A stretch of 64,000 nucleotides of DNA from Parcubacteria group bacterium ADurb.Bin159. GTDB lineage: Bacteria > Patescibacteriota > Patescibacteriia > UBA2591 > MWDC01. Shown here in pieces: positions 27,621 through 37,345 of this stretch (the first letter of the stretch is position 1; each line of letters starts with the position of its first letter). The translations under genes were made by a program, and so were the position numbers. Below the pieces are notes generated by a model. The model did not search any database. It was given only the letters and a program-made list of their open reading frames with translations, and was not told the origin of the DNA. Where the stretch lies: assembly GCA_002070355.1 (NCBI GenBank), contig MWDC01000002.1, positions 8,814-72,813 on the forward strand, written 5' to 3'.

Positions 27621-29051
27621 TTATTTTAAAAGCGGGCCATCGGAATAAGTATTTAAATCAGAATAACTAATAGTAATAATATCGCTCCATTTATAACCCA
27701 TTTTTTCAAAAACTTCTGCTGAATAAATTGGTCTTTTTGTTTTACCTTCTAATAAATATACTGTTGCTTTGTCTGGAGTTTTGACTAATGTAACATCTTT
27801 ATATTGAGCGAGTTTAGCTGAGTCAATTATTTTAACATTACTCCAATAATAGCCATAATTTTCAAAAACAGAGGGGCCGGGAATCCAGTGTTTTTTATTA
27901 TTATAAATAGCATATATTTTGTCGTCCCCTTTAGCTTTAACTAAAGCAGTTGGTTTAGTGTAGAAAGAAGGAGGAAAAAATTCTTCGTGGGAGGGGGGAG
28001 ATTGAATTATGGGAGAAGGAACGGGATTTTCGGTTTTTTCGTTGTTAAGAGAAGAATTATCATTAGAGATATTTTCATTAGATTCATTAGAAGGAGGAGG
28101 CGTTTGTTTGGTGGTAAAAAATAAATTTGAAGAAGACACTTTGTTACCAAAAATATCAGAAGAGGTAATCTTAAAGATATAAGTTGTGTTTGGTTTAAGA
28201 TTTTCTAAAACAAAAAAATGCTCTAATTTTTTAGGAGGTTTGGATTTGAGGGTATTACGGCAACGTGTTCCTTCTCCCCAGCAAATTTCACCGGTGGTAA
28301 TACGATTTGTTCGCCAACTAATAATAGCGCTATTCTCGGTGATATTTTGGTCATTATCGGAAATAGGGGAAATGTACGAGATTGACAAGGGTTCTTTATC
28401 TGCCTTAACATTATTATCCGTAATAAAATTCAATATTCCCGAAGAGCCAACATTTCCTGAAGAATCTCTTGATTCAAAGTAAAAATAATATTGAGTACTA
28501 GAAGACAAGCCAGTTAAATCTATTTCGTGAAAGGTTTGATATGCGGATGTTTTCTTTTGTTTTTTGCATTCTTGTGTAGTGCCGTATTTAAAAGTATCTT
28601 TAGCTGGTTCATCGGTTTCCCAACTGATAGTAGCGGTAGTGGCAGTAACAGAAACGATTTTTATATCTTTAATTTTTGGCGGATAGATGTCTTTATATTT
28701 TTCCGTTTTGAAATAAAGGTCATTAGAAAAAATTTGTTCGCCTGAAAGACTTGATGCCATTACTTTAAAATGATAAGTTGTTTCAGGTAAAAGATTGGTT
28801 AAAGCAACTTGATGAGAAGTGCTTTGGTCGTATTCGGAATAAGTCCAATAAATATAATTGTCTTTTTCTAAGCCAAATTTTACCATTCCCTTACTTGTTT
28901 CATTTGTTTGAAAAGTTATTATTGCTGAATTATCGGTAATTTCAGAAATATTTATATTAAGAATTTGAAAAGAAGCCGCTTCAAGCGGTGAGAAGATAAA
29001 GAAAGAAACTAAAAAAAACCCTAAAACAGATTTTTTATTTATTAAAGACAT
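27621..29051 (-). CDS. secreted protein with three FN3-like repeats and a C-terminal tandem ~45-aa repeat domain
   Basis: A signal peptide (MSLINKKSVLGFFLVSFFIFSPLEAA), three AIITFQT../ATISWET../AIISWRT.. FN3-like modules each ending in a TxYxFK pattern, a Pro/Ser linker, and a duplicated YAIYNNKKHWIP..YGYYWSNV / TVYLLEGKTKRPIY..MGYKWSDI unit. Confidence 0.55.
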   Translation of the reverse strand: MSLINKKSVLGFFLVSFFIFSPLEAASFQILNINISEITDNSAIITFQTNETSKGMVKFGLEKDNYIYWTYSEYDQSTSHQVALTNLLPETTYHFKVMASSLSGEQIFSNDLYFKTEKYKDIYPPKIKDIKIVSVTATTATISWETDEPAKDTFKYGTTQECKKQKKTSAYQTFHEIDLTGLSSSTQYYFYFESRDSSGNVGSSGILNFITDNNVKADKEPLSISYISPISDNDQNITENSAIISWRTNRITTGEICWGEGTRCRNTLKSKPPKKLEHFFVLENLKPNTTYIFKITSSDIFGNKVSSSNLFFTTKQTPPPSNESNENISNDNSSLNNEKTENPVPSPIIQSPPSHEEFFPPSFYTKPTALVKAKGDDKIYAIYNNKKHWIPGPSVFENYGYYWSNVKIIDSAKLAQYKDVTLVKTPDKATVYLLEGKTKRPIYSAEVFEKMGYKWSDIITISYSDLNTYSDGPLLK

Positions 29052-29193
29052 AATTTATTTTTTCAAAAATCATTTTAATTATACAAAATTTTAGGCTTTT
29101 GTCAAGAAGGTTGCTTATTTTTTAAAAGCATATATAATAAAAGTATCAATAAAGGTCGCCTATAGAGAATTATATATAAATTAAACTAATTTT

Positions 29194-29325
29194 ATGACAG
29201 CAGTAATAATAATATTAGTTGTGGCGCTTCTTGTTGTTTTATTCCTTTTAAAGAAGAGAAAAAAAGCAGAATCTATGCCTAAAAAAGAAGAAGAACCAAA
29301 AGAAGAGAATAAAGAAGAAATGTAA
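29194..29325 (+). CDS. candidate 43-aa single-TM small protein (MTAVIIILVVALLVVLFLLKKRKKAESMPKKEEEPKEENKEEM)
   Basis: Preceded by TTGCTT-N16-TATAAT (about 29111-29138) and followed by an intrinsic terminator (29353-29386). It is below the ORF-track size cutoff. Confidence 0.3.
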   Translation: MTAVIIILVVALLVVLFLLKKRKKAESMPKKEEEPKEENKEEM

Positions 29326-29352
29326 TATGGCGTTTTTAGCAATAAAATATAA

Positions 29353-29386
29353 GGGGGCAAGGGCTACTTGTCCCCTTTTTTATTTT
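29353..29386 (+). terminator. intrinsic terminator gggggcaag-ggcta-cttgtcccc + T6aT5
   Basis: A GC-rich stem with one bulge followed by a long T-run. It is followed immediately by the extended -10 box tgctataat (29387-29395). Confidence 0.6.
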
Positions 29387-29422
29387 TGCTATAATATAAA
29401 TAATGTGAAAATTAAACATCAA

Positions 29423-29797
29423 ATGCAAACTGATAATGTAAAATACGAAATTGAAGTTAATAACAAGATAAAAGCGCCGATTAAAGAAGAAGAAATCAAA
29501 AAAGAGGCGGAAAAAATTTTACAAGAATTATTTCCTTCAATCAAATTTTTATCCCCCCTTTCTATTGCCTTAGTAGATAAAAACACCATTAGGGCGCTTA
29601 ATAAAAAATATCGGAAATTAAATAAAATTACCAATGTTCTAACCTTTGGCGCTATAGGAGAAGATTTAATGGAAATTGTTATTTGCTGGGACAGAATAAA
29701 AAAAGAGGCGGATAGGGCAAAAATCTCCCTTAAAGAATATTTTGAATATGTATTAAGACACGGAATTGAAAATTTAAAACTTGCGGTTGAAACTTAA
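29423..29797 (+). CDS. ybeY: YbeY-like endoribonuclease homolog lacking the HxxxHxxxxxH metal-binding motif (possibly inactive)
   Basis: LSIALVDKNTIRALNKKYRKLNKITNVLTFG..GEDLMEIVICWDRIKKEADRAKISL aligns with the YbeY core. At the site of the canonical HGxLHLxGxDH motif it has RHGIENLKLAVET and then a stop. Confidence 0.55.
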   Translation: MQTDNVKYEIEVNNKIKAPIKEEEIKKEAEKILQELFPSIKFLSPLSIALVDKNTIRALNKKYRKLNKITNVLTFGAIGEDLMEIVICWDRIKKEADRAKISLKEYFEYVLRHGIENLKLAVET

Positions 29798-29861
29798 AAC
29801 TTGTAACGTCAGAAAAATTCAAAATTTTCGAAGGAATTTTTACATTTTAATTTTTTATTAT

Positions 29862-31079
29862 ATGCGTCTTGAAATTATAACTGGTATCGACCTCGGTTCA
29901 AAAACAATTAGAATTGCCGTGGGCGAGAAAGACCCAAAAACAAAAAAAATAAAAATTATCGGCGCAGCAGAAGGGGAATCAGAGGGCATTTCTAAAGGAG
30001 TTATTTCTAATTTAGAAGATACGATTTCCTCTATTTCCAAAGTAGTGGAAAAAACGGAAAGAATAATTGGTACATCTATTGAAAGGGCTAATATTGGTAT
30101 TTCGGGAACACACATTATTTCTGAAGAAAGCAAAGGTGTAGTGGCTGTTTCTCGAGCCGATGGAGAAATATCGCCAGAAGATGTGGCTAGGGCTTTAAGT
30201 GCAGCTCAAATTATTGCTACTCCGCCAAATTATGAAATTCTTCATATTATTCCGCGAAGCTATACTATTGATAGTCAACCAGGTATTAAAGATCCTGTAG
30301 GTATGACAGGCTCTCGATTAGAAGTTGATGCTCAAGTTATTTTAGGATTATCCAATCAAATTAAAACACTAAATAAAACATTTTATCGGGTGGGCATAGA
30401 AGTTAATGAATTTATTTTTTCGATTTTAGCCTGTGCTGAATCTGTTCTTAATCGAGAGCAAAAAGAGTTGGGGGTTGTTTTAGTTAATCTCGGAGAAACA
30501 ACAGCAAGTATGGCTGTTTTTGAAGAAGGAGATATTCTAAAAGCTAATGTTTTACCCATAGGTTCTCGCCATATTACTGCTGATATTGCTATTGGTTTGC
30601 AGATTCCTATGAAATTAGCAGAGAAAATAAAAATTAATTATGGCACAGCCAAACCAGAGACAGTTCCTAAATATGAACAAATTAATCTTAGCGAATTAGA
30701 TGAGAAGATAAAAACAATAGTGAGCAGGAAGGAGGTAGCAGAAATTATTTCTGCTAGATGCGAGGAAATTTTTAATCTTGTGGACGAAGAATTGAAAAAA
30801 ATTGGCCGTAGCGGGAAATTGCCAGCAGGAGTGGTTTTAACCGGCGCGGCAGCTCAGCTTGACGGCATAGCGGAATTAGCAAAACGTGTTTTTAAATTAC
30901 CAACATCGATTGGATTCCCTTCGGGTTATGATACGGCTATTGATAAAATCAATGACCCCAGTTTTTCTGCAGCTATTGGTTTGGTGTTATGGAATCCAGC
31001 TTATTCAATAGAATCTTCTCCTAAAGGGACAATGGGATTAAAATTTAAAAATTGGGTTAAAAATTTATGGCCGAAATAA
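29862..31079 (+). CDS. ftsA: cell division protein FtsA (start at MRLEIITGIDLGS)
   Basis: Actin-like ATPase motifs (GIDLGSKTIRIAV, GGGTS-equivalent regions) and a C-terminal amphipathic tail. It overlaps ftsZ by 13 nt. Confidence 0.9.
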   Translation: MRLEIITGIDLGSKTIRIAVGEKDPKTKKIKIIGAAEGESEGISKGVISNLEDTISSISKVVEKTERIIGTSIERANIGISGTHIISEESKGVVAVSRADGEISPEDVARALSAAQIIATPPNYEILHIIPRSYTIDSQPGIKDPVGMTGSRLEVDAQVILGLSNQIKTLNKTFYRVGIEVNEFIFSILACAESVLNREQKELGVVLVNLGETTASMAVFEEGDILKANVLPIGSRHITADIAIGLQIPMKLAEKIKINYGTAKPETVPKYEQINLSELDEKIKTIVSRKEVAEIISARCEEIFNLVDEELKKIGRSGKLPAGVVLTGAAAQLDGIAELAKRVFKLPTSIGFPSGYDTAIDKINDPSFSAAIGLVLWNPAYSIESSPKGTMGLKFKNWVKNLWPK

Positions 31080-32347
31080 TAAAAAGTCAAAAATCTCTTG
31101 CCTACCATCAGGTAGAAAAAAACAAAAGCCAAAATGATAAATTAAAAGTTAAAGATAAAAAGATAAAAAAAGAAATAAATAAATCAGATAAATTAACCAA
31201 TAAAAAATATTACGGGCCAAGGATTAAGATTATAGGGGTAGGGGGAGCAGGGGGGAATATAGTAGCGCGGCTTAGAAAGAAAAGTAAAGCTGATGGTTTA
31301 GATTATTTAGCCATTAATACTGATAAACAAGCATTAAGCGCGCTTCCTAGATTGATTAAGAAAATAATAATTGGTCAAAAAATTACCGGGGGATTGGGAG
31401 CAGGAATGAATCCGGATATTGGCCGAGCAGCGGCAGAAGAAGATGAAGAAATTATAAAAGAAGAGATAAAAAAAGCAGATATGGTTTTTATTTTAGCTGG
31501 TTTTGGCGGAGGGACGGGTACAGGGGCAACACCAGTGATTGCTGAAATAGCCAGAAAATTGGGAATTTTAACAGTGGTTTTGGCTATTCGTCCCTTTTCT
31601 TTTGAAGGGGAAGAACGGCTTTCTATCGCCGAAAACGGTTTTAAGGAAGTTCTTAATTTTGTAGATACGGCTATTTTTTTATCTAACGAACAATTATTCA
31701 GTCATTTGCCAGAAGGGGTTTCTCTTTTAGAAGGTTTTGATATAGCGGATAATATTTTTTCTGACGGACTTTTAGGAATTTTTAATATTTTGATTGAACC
31801 AGGTTTAATTAATCTTGATTTTGCTGATCTTAGAGTTGTTTTAGAAAATGGCGGGCAAGGTATTTTGGCTATTGGCGAAGGGGAAGGAGATAAGAAAGAT
31901 GAAGAAATTATAAAGGGTTTATTGAAAAATATTCCTCCTGATTTTCTATTGAAAAATTCAAAAAGAATTTTTTATGCCATAACAAGTAGTCCTTCTTCGG
32001 CTTTTAGTGAAATCCAAAAAATTATTGAAAAAATTAAAGAATTGTCTAATCCTGAAGCTAAAATAATTTTTGGCATTTCCATTGATTTAAAATTACACAA
32101 TAAAGTGAAAGCAACTCTCATCGCTACATCTTCCGATAATTCCTCAACCTTTTTGGCATCTAATTACAAACCCATAGAACAGAAAGATAAGGAAAAAGAT
32201 AAAAATAAATCGGAGGATTATGCTGATTTTGAAAAAAAGGAGGACAAACAAAAAATATTTGAAGAGACAAAAAATCAAAAGTATCAAGATTCTTTATACG
32301 ATGAATTGGATATTCCCGCTTTTATTAGGCGCCGTCTGCATAAATAA
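31067..32347 (+). CDS. ftsZ: cell division GTPase FtsZ
   Basis: GVGGAGGNIV and the tubulin signature GGGTGTGATPVIAEIA. The C-terminal conserved peptide DIPAFIRRR is present. Confidence 0.95.
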   Translation: MAEIIKSQKSLAYHQVEKNKSQNDKLKVKDKKIKKEINKSDKLTNKKYYGPRIKIIGVGGAGGNIVARLRKKSKADGLDYLAINTDKQALSALPRLIKKIIIGQKITGGLGAGMNPDIGRAAAEEDEEIIKEEIKKADMVFILAGFGGGTGTGATPVIAEIARKLGILTVVLAIRPFSFEGEERLSIAENGFKEVLNFVDTAIFLSNEQLFSHLPEGVSLLEGFDIADNIFSDGLLGIFNILIEPGLINLDFADLRVVLENGGQGILAIGEGEGDKKDEEIIKGLLKNIPPDFLLKNSKRIFYAITSSPSSAFSEIQKIIEKIKELSNPEAKIIFGISIDLKLHNKVKATLIATSSDNSSTFLASNYKPIEQKDKEKDKNKSEDYADFEKKEDKQKIFEETKNQKYQDSLYDELDIPAFIRRRLHK

Positions 32348-32423
32348 AGCGATTTTTTCAAAATTCACGAGTCAAAAGCAAGAATCAGAAAAAATTTATA
32401 ATTTTAGATTTATTCAATAATTT

Positions 32424-34406
32424 ATGTCAAAACCAACAGATTCATATAAAGCAGAATCAATTACCATTTTAGAAGGGTTAGCAGCTGTTCGTCGCCATCC
32501 GGCAATGTATATTGGTTCAACTGGCATAGCCGGCCTCCATCATCTTGTATACGAAGTTTGTGATAACGCGTTAGATGAAGTTATTGCTGGCTATGGTAAA
32601 AATATTATTGTTGACCTTTTAGATGATAATATGGTGAGAGTGAGTGACGATGGTAGGGGTATTCCTGTTGATATTCATAAGCCTACAGGACTTTCGGCGT
32701 TAGAAGTGGTAATGACCCGTTTGCATGCTGGGGCTAAATTTTCTCAAGATATTTATAAAGTATCGGGCGGTTTGCATGGTGTAGGAGTCGCAGCGGTTAA
32801 TGCCTTGTCTTCTTATCTTAAAGCAGAGGTTAAAAGAGACGGTTATCTTTACGAACAAACTTACCGCCAAGGTAAACCGGAAACAAAAGTTAAAAAAGTC
32901 AAAAAGGCGGAAGGCACAGGGACAATAATTACTTTTCAACCAGATGTGTCTATTTTTGGCAACATTGAGTTTAATCTTAAAACTATTCTTGCCCATCTTC
33001 GCCAGCAAGCATATCTTACTTCCGGAGTAAAAATACAAGTAAATGATTTTAGAAAAAAGAATTACAATCCTTATACTTTTTATTTTGAGGGAGGAATAAG
33101 ATCTTTTGTGCGATATCTTAATCGAACAAATAAACCTATTTCAGAAGAAATTTTTTATGTGAGTAAAGAGGTGGATAAAGTTTTTGTAGAAATCGCTCTT
33201 CAATATGTTGATGATTATAAAGAAAATGTTTTGGGTTTTGCTAATAATATTTATACCGTCGATGGAGGAACACATTTAGTTGGTTTTAGAACAGCATTAA
33301 CTCGGGCATTAAATAGTTTTGCTCGAAACAAAGAATTATTAAAAGAAAAAGATATTAATTTAACAGGAGATGATGTTAAAGAAGGACTTACCACTATAGT
33401 AAGTGTTCGTTTACCTCGTCCTCAATTTGAAGGACAGACAAAAGGGAAACTTGGCAATGAAGAGATAAGAAGCATTGTAGACAATGTTTTTTCTACTGCC
33501 TTTAAAACATATTTAGAAGAGCATCCCAAATCAGCGGGAGCTATCATAAATAAATGCCTTTTAACATTAAGAGCGAGGAGAGCGGCTAAAAATGCCAAAG
33601 AAGCAATTCTTAGAAAGGGATTACTTGAATCGTTTTCTCTTCCCGGCAAATTATCCGATTGTTCTTCCGGGGAGGCAGCTATATCTGAACTTTATATTGT
33701 AGAAGGGGACAGCGCTGGTGGTTCGGCTCGTCAGGGGAGAGATCCAAGATTCCAAGCAATATTACCCTTAAGGGGGAAAATTTTAAATGCTGAACGGACA
33801 AGAATGGAAAAAATTTTAGTCAATGAAGAGTTAAAATCTTTGATTATTGCTTTAGGAACAAATATTGGGGAACAATTTAATATAAATAAACTTCGTTATC
33901 ACAAAATTATTATTATGACCGATGCTGATGTTGACGGCTTGCATATTAGAACACTTCTCCTGACTTTTTTTTGGCGATACTTCCCTGAATTAATAAAAGG
34001 CGGTTATATTTATATTGCTTGTCCGCCTCTTTATCGGATAAATTATAAAGGAAAAAATTATTATGTTTATAGTGATGAAGAAAAAGAAAAATTAATAAAA
34101 AAAATAACTTATAAAACGCCATCTTCTAAAGCAGAAAAGTCAAGTTTTAAGATTAAAAAATTGGAAGAGAAAAAATCAGGAGAAGAGAAAATTGATATCC
34201 AAAGATATAAAGGATTAGGAGAAATGAACCCTGATGAATTATATACCACAACAATGGATCCAGAAAACAGAATTTTAAAACTTGTTACTGTGGAAGACGC
34301 TACTCAAGCCGATGAAATTTTTGAAATTTTAATGGGGGAAGATGTTGAGGCAAGAAAACATTTTATTCAAGTTCACGCTAAACAAGCAGAAAACATAGAT
34401 GTGTAA
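32424..34406 (+). CDS. gyrB: DNA gyrase subunit B (660 aa, short insertion form)
   Basis: GHKL ATPase motifs (LHHLVYEVCDNALDE, GLHGVGVAAVNALS), the Toprim EGDSAGGS motif, and the YKGLGEMNP motif. Confidence 0.9.
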   Translation: MSKPTDSYKAESITILEGLAAVRRHPAMYIGSTGIAGLHHLVYEVCDNALDEVIAGYGKNIIVDLLDDNMVRVSDDGRGIPVDIHKPTGLSALEVVMTRLHAGAKFSQDIYKVSGGLHGVGVAAVNALSSYLKAEVKRDGYLYEQTYRQGKPETKVKKVKKAEGTGTIITFQPDVSIFGNIEFNLKTILAHLRQQAYLTSGVKIQVNDFRKKNYNPYTFYFEGGIRSFVRYLNRTNKPISEEIFYVSKEVDKVFVEIALQYVDDYKENVLGFANNIYTVDGGTHLVGFRTALTRALNSFARNKELLKEKDINLTGDDVKEGLTTIVSVRLPRPQFEGQTKGKLGNEEIRSIVDNVFSTAFKTYLEEHPKSAGAIINKCLLTLRARRAAKNAKEAILRKGLLESFSLPGKLSDCSSGEAAISELYIVEGDSAGGSARQGRDPRFQAILPLRGKILNAERTRMEKILVNEELKSLIIALGTNIGEQFNINKLRYHKIIIMTDADVDGLHIRTLLLTFFWRYFPELIKGGYIYIACPPLYRINYKGKNYYVYSDEEKEKLIKKITYKTPSSKAEKSSFKIKKLEEKKSGEEKIDIQRYKGLGEMNPDELYTTTMDPENRILKLVTVEDATQADEIFEILMGEDVEARKHFIQVHAKQAENIDV

Positions 34407-34461
34407 AAATTTTTATTTTAATAATAATTTTAATTTTTAATATTTAATTTTTAATTTTATT

Positions 34462-35400
34462 ATGTTTGATGCAGTTACTGTGGGGGGAACGGTTCAGGAT
34501 ATTATTTTTATTACTAAAGAAGGAAAAACTATTTCAAATTACAATGATCCTCTTTGTCAAAAATTGATGGGATTTGAGGAGGGGGCAAAAATTTATAGTA
34601 AAGAAGTATATTTCACTTCAGGCGGAGGAGCAGCCAATTTGGCTGTCGGTTTAAGTAGATTTGGCGTTAAAACAAGTATTTTATCTCGTCTCGGTAAAGA
34701 TGATATAGGGAAAACAATTATAAGCAATTTAAAAAAAGAAGGAGTGGACACTTCTAACATTCAGTTAGATTCACATTTATCAACGGGTATTTCTTTTATT
34801 GTAAGTTTCCCTAAATCTCCCAAACAAATTATTTTTTCCTATCGCGGAGCGAACGATAAATTAAAAGTTCCAACTCAAAAAATTTCTACTCGCTGGTTTG
34901 TTGTTTCTTCTTTAAGTTTTTCTCATTGGACAAATATTTTAGATTATATAATTTCTCAAAAATGCGAAATTCTTTGGAACCCGGGAATTTCTCAAATTAG
35001 AATCCCGTTTTTTGTTTTCAGTAAATATCTTAAACAAATAATGATTTTTGTGGTTAATGAAGATGAAGCGCGAGAAATAGTTTTTAGAAAAAACAAAATA
35101 AAAAAAATATCCCTTAAAGAAGTTATAAAACAAATTTATTCTCTTGGTCCAAAAATAGTAGTTGTCACTCAGGGAAAGAATGGAGCAACTGCTTTTGATG
35201 GAAAAAATTTTTATTTTAAAAAAGCCAAGAAAACAAATATTATAAACGTGACCGGAGCAGGGGACGCCTTTAATAGCGGTTTTTTGGCTTATTATATGAA
35301 GTATGCTTCAATTAATAAGGCTTTGGAAGGCGGAATTTTAAATAGTGCGGCAGTTATTTCTCAAATTGGCGCGCAAAAAGGACTATTTAAAATAAATTAG
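34462..35400 (+). CDS. PfkB-family carbohydrate kinase (ribokinase-like)
   Basis: GGGAANLAVGLSRFG and VTGAGDAFNSGFLA (the anion-hole GAGD motif). Confidence 0.8.
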   Translation: MFDAVTVGGTVQDIIFITKEGKTISNYNDPLCQKLMGFEEGAKIYSKEVYFTSGGGAANLAVGLSRFGVKTSILSRLGKDDIGKTIISNLKKEGVDTSNIQLDSHLSTGISFIVSFPKSPKQIIFSYRGANDKLKVPTQKISTRWFVVSSLSFSHWTNILDYIISQKCEILWNPGISQIRIPFFVFSKYLKQIMIFVVNEDEAREIVFRKNKIKKISLKEVIKQIYSLGPKIVVVTQGKNGATAFDGKNFYFKKAKKTNIINVTGAGDAFNSGFLAYYMKYASINKALEGGILNSAAVISQIGAQKGLFKIN

Positions 35401-35458
35401 AATTTCTATTTTCATCTTTTGATTTATATCTTTAAGATTTAATTTTTAAGATATCATT

Positions 35459-36037
35459 ATGTCTACTTTTATTAAAGTTCCTGTTGAGATTTCGGCAAGA
35501 CATATTCATTTGTCAAAAAAAGATTTAGATAACCTTTTCGGCAGAGGATATAAATTAAAAAAATTACGGTCTCTTTCTCAACCAGGGATGTTTGCTGCTG
35601 AAGAAACAGTAGTTATTTGTAATAAGCAAAATTGTTTAAAAAATGTCAGAATTTTGGGACCAATTCGCCCTCAAACACAAATAGAAATTTCTCAAACAGA
35701 CGCTCGAGCGCTTGGACTAAAACCGCCCCTTAGAATTTCTGAAGATATTAGAGGTAGCGCTGGCTGTCAAATAAAAGGGCCCAAAGGAACTATTGATTTA
35801 AAAGAAGGCGTTATTATTGCTTGGCGACATCTTCATTGCCCGTTATCTTTTGCCAAAAAATATAATTTAGAAAAAAGAAAATTTGTTTCTATTAAAATAA
35901 ATAATCAGCGGTCATTGACTTTTCATAAAGTATGGTTGAGAATTAGCCCAAATTATAGATTGGCTTTTCATTTAGATACTGACGAGGGTAATGCCGCGGG
36001 AATAAAAAAAATAGCCAGAGGCTATTTAATACTATAA
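35459..36037 (+). CDS. pduL: phosphate propanoyl/acetyl-transferase PduL
   Basis: The duplicated PduL signature: ISARHIHLSKKDLDNLFG..QPGMFAAEE..RILGPIR and GVIIAWRHLHC..LDTDEGNAAGI. Confidence 0.8.
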   Translation: MSTFIKVPVEISARHIHLSKKDLDNLFGRGYKLKKLRSLSQPGMFAAEETVVICNKQNCLKNVRILGPIRPQTQIEISQTDARALGLKPPLRISEDIRGSAGCQIKGPKGTIDLKEGVIIAWRHLHCPLSFAKKYNLEKRKFVSIKINNQRSLTFHKVWLRISPNYRLAFHLDTDEGNAAGIKKIARGYLIL

Positions 36038-36058
36038 AATAATCATTTTAATTTAAAC

Positions 36059-36086
36059 AATCCCGGTTTTTGAGCGGGATTTTTTA
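36059..36086 (+). terminator. intrinsic terminator aatcccg-gtttttgag-cgggatt + T5
   Basis: A 7-bp stem 22 nt after the pduL stop. Confidence 0.6.
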
Positions 36087-36244
36087 TTTGGTCGCAATTA
36101 CTGAACGAGGGAATTTAATTTTTACTTTACAAATTTTAGAATTGGAAAGACCGACTGTTTTGGCTTTAAATATGGCTAACTTACTCAAGGGCGAAAGCGA
36201 GGGCGGGGCAGGAATTCCTTTCCCCCAATTCCTTTTCCTTATTT

Positions 36245-37336
36245 TTACTCTACGGCTATACGACGTACATAAACGTAAATTGAAGAAAGGTAATAATCAT
36301 AAGGGGTAACTTTTAAAGTATACTCTCCCGCCTGGTTAGGAGTAAAATAAAGTTTTCTCGTAATTGAAGTAACTTTTCCATCAAAATTACGAGGCCTTGT
36401 AAAAGGTTCTTCTTTGCTAATATAAATTATTGTTTTTTTATCAGGATTTTTTAATTCTATTTCTACTGAGAATTTTGGATCCGGCAATTCTATTTGAGGC
36501 ATAACTTGAACTTCTAAAATCATTTTTTCATTTATTGCCTCTGTTAAAGAAAATTTGACCGTGGTTGGCGTCCCAGGCACTATACAAGAGGGATCCAAAG
36601 TTCCCTTTTCCCCCACCGAAGTATTTATTAATAAAACTGATGTACAGGGAAATTTATTTTGCCAGACAATTGGATATTTCTTTTCTTCTTTGGTCCCCAG
36701 AAAAATACCGGCAGCTAAAGCTCCAATTGTCAGTAAAATCCCACAAATAATAATAATTGTTTTTTCTTTTTTAGAAGCGTGTTTATATACCTTTTTTGTT
36801 TCTTTAAAAGATTTTTCTTCTTTCGCTGTTTTTTTCTTATTAATTTCCAAAGCAAAACCAACATTAAATTTGGTTAAAATTAATAAAATTGCTGATTTGA
36901 GTTGTATTAAAAGCATTAAGATAATATCAACGAAACCAGCCCAAAAAATAAAATCAATAACTTTTCCTTGAATAGTGAAACCAACAAAATTATTAATTAC
37001 TTCCGGAAATACCCATACAAAATTAGGGTCTACTCCCAAATTAAAAGAATTAAAAAATTGATAAGCATGAGTATAATAAAAATAAGCGATAAAAGAAAAA
37101 ATACCTATTTGAAGCCAAGGTGGAGAAAAAAGTGATAACAACTCGGCTGTCGTACCAACCACAAGGAAAATACCCAAAAGTATCTCAAACAAATACTGCC
37201 CTTGGTTAAAATTCAATTTGCTTTGAATAATAATAAGAACAAAAATCCCTATCCCTACAAAACAAAATAGCCATAAAAGCAAAGAAATAATTTTTGAAAA
37301 AATATTCCAAATAATTTTTCCAAAGGAAACGTTCAT
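36245..37336 (-). CDS. polytopic membrane protein (about 6 N-terminal TM helices) with a C-terminal ~150-aa extracytoplasmic domain; paralog of the next gene
   Basis: Its C-terminal domain shares VE(I/V)ELKNPDKKTIIY(I/L)(S/E)KEE, W(Q/R)..FP.T, and AG(E/D)YTLK(V/I)TPY with the protein at 37346-37897. Confidence 0.6.
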   Translation of the reverse strand: MNVSFGKIIWNIFSKIISLLLWLFCFVGIGIFVLIIIQSKLNFNQGQYLFEILLGIFLVVGTTAELLSLFSPPWLQIGIFSFIAYFYYTHAYQFFNSFNLGVDPNFVWVFPEVINNFVGFTIQGKVIDFIFWAGFVDIILMLLIQLKSAILLILTKFNVGFALEINKKKTAKEEKSFKETKKVYKHASKKEKTIIIICGILLTIGALAAGIFLGTKEEKKYPIVWQNKFPCTSVLLINTSVGEKGTLDPSCIVPGTPTTVKFSLTEAINEKMILEVQVMPQIELPDPKFSVEIELKNPDKKTIIYISKEEPFTRPRNFDGKVTSITRKLYFTPNQAGEYTLKVTPYDYYLSSIYVYVRRIAVE

Positions 37337-37345
37337 ATTTTTATT

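Noticed and set aside
36070-36309. 79-aa ORF in the convergent spacer between pduL and the membrane-protein gene
   Set aside because: It overlaps the pduL terminator hairpin and the stop region of the minus-strand gene, and its low-complexity translation has no start context.
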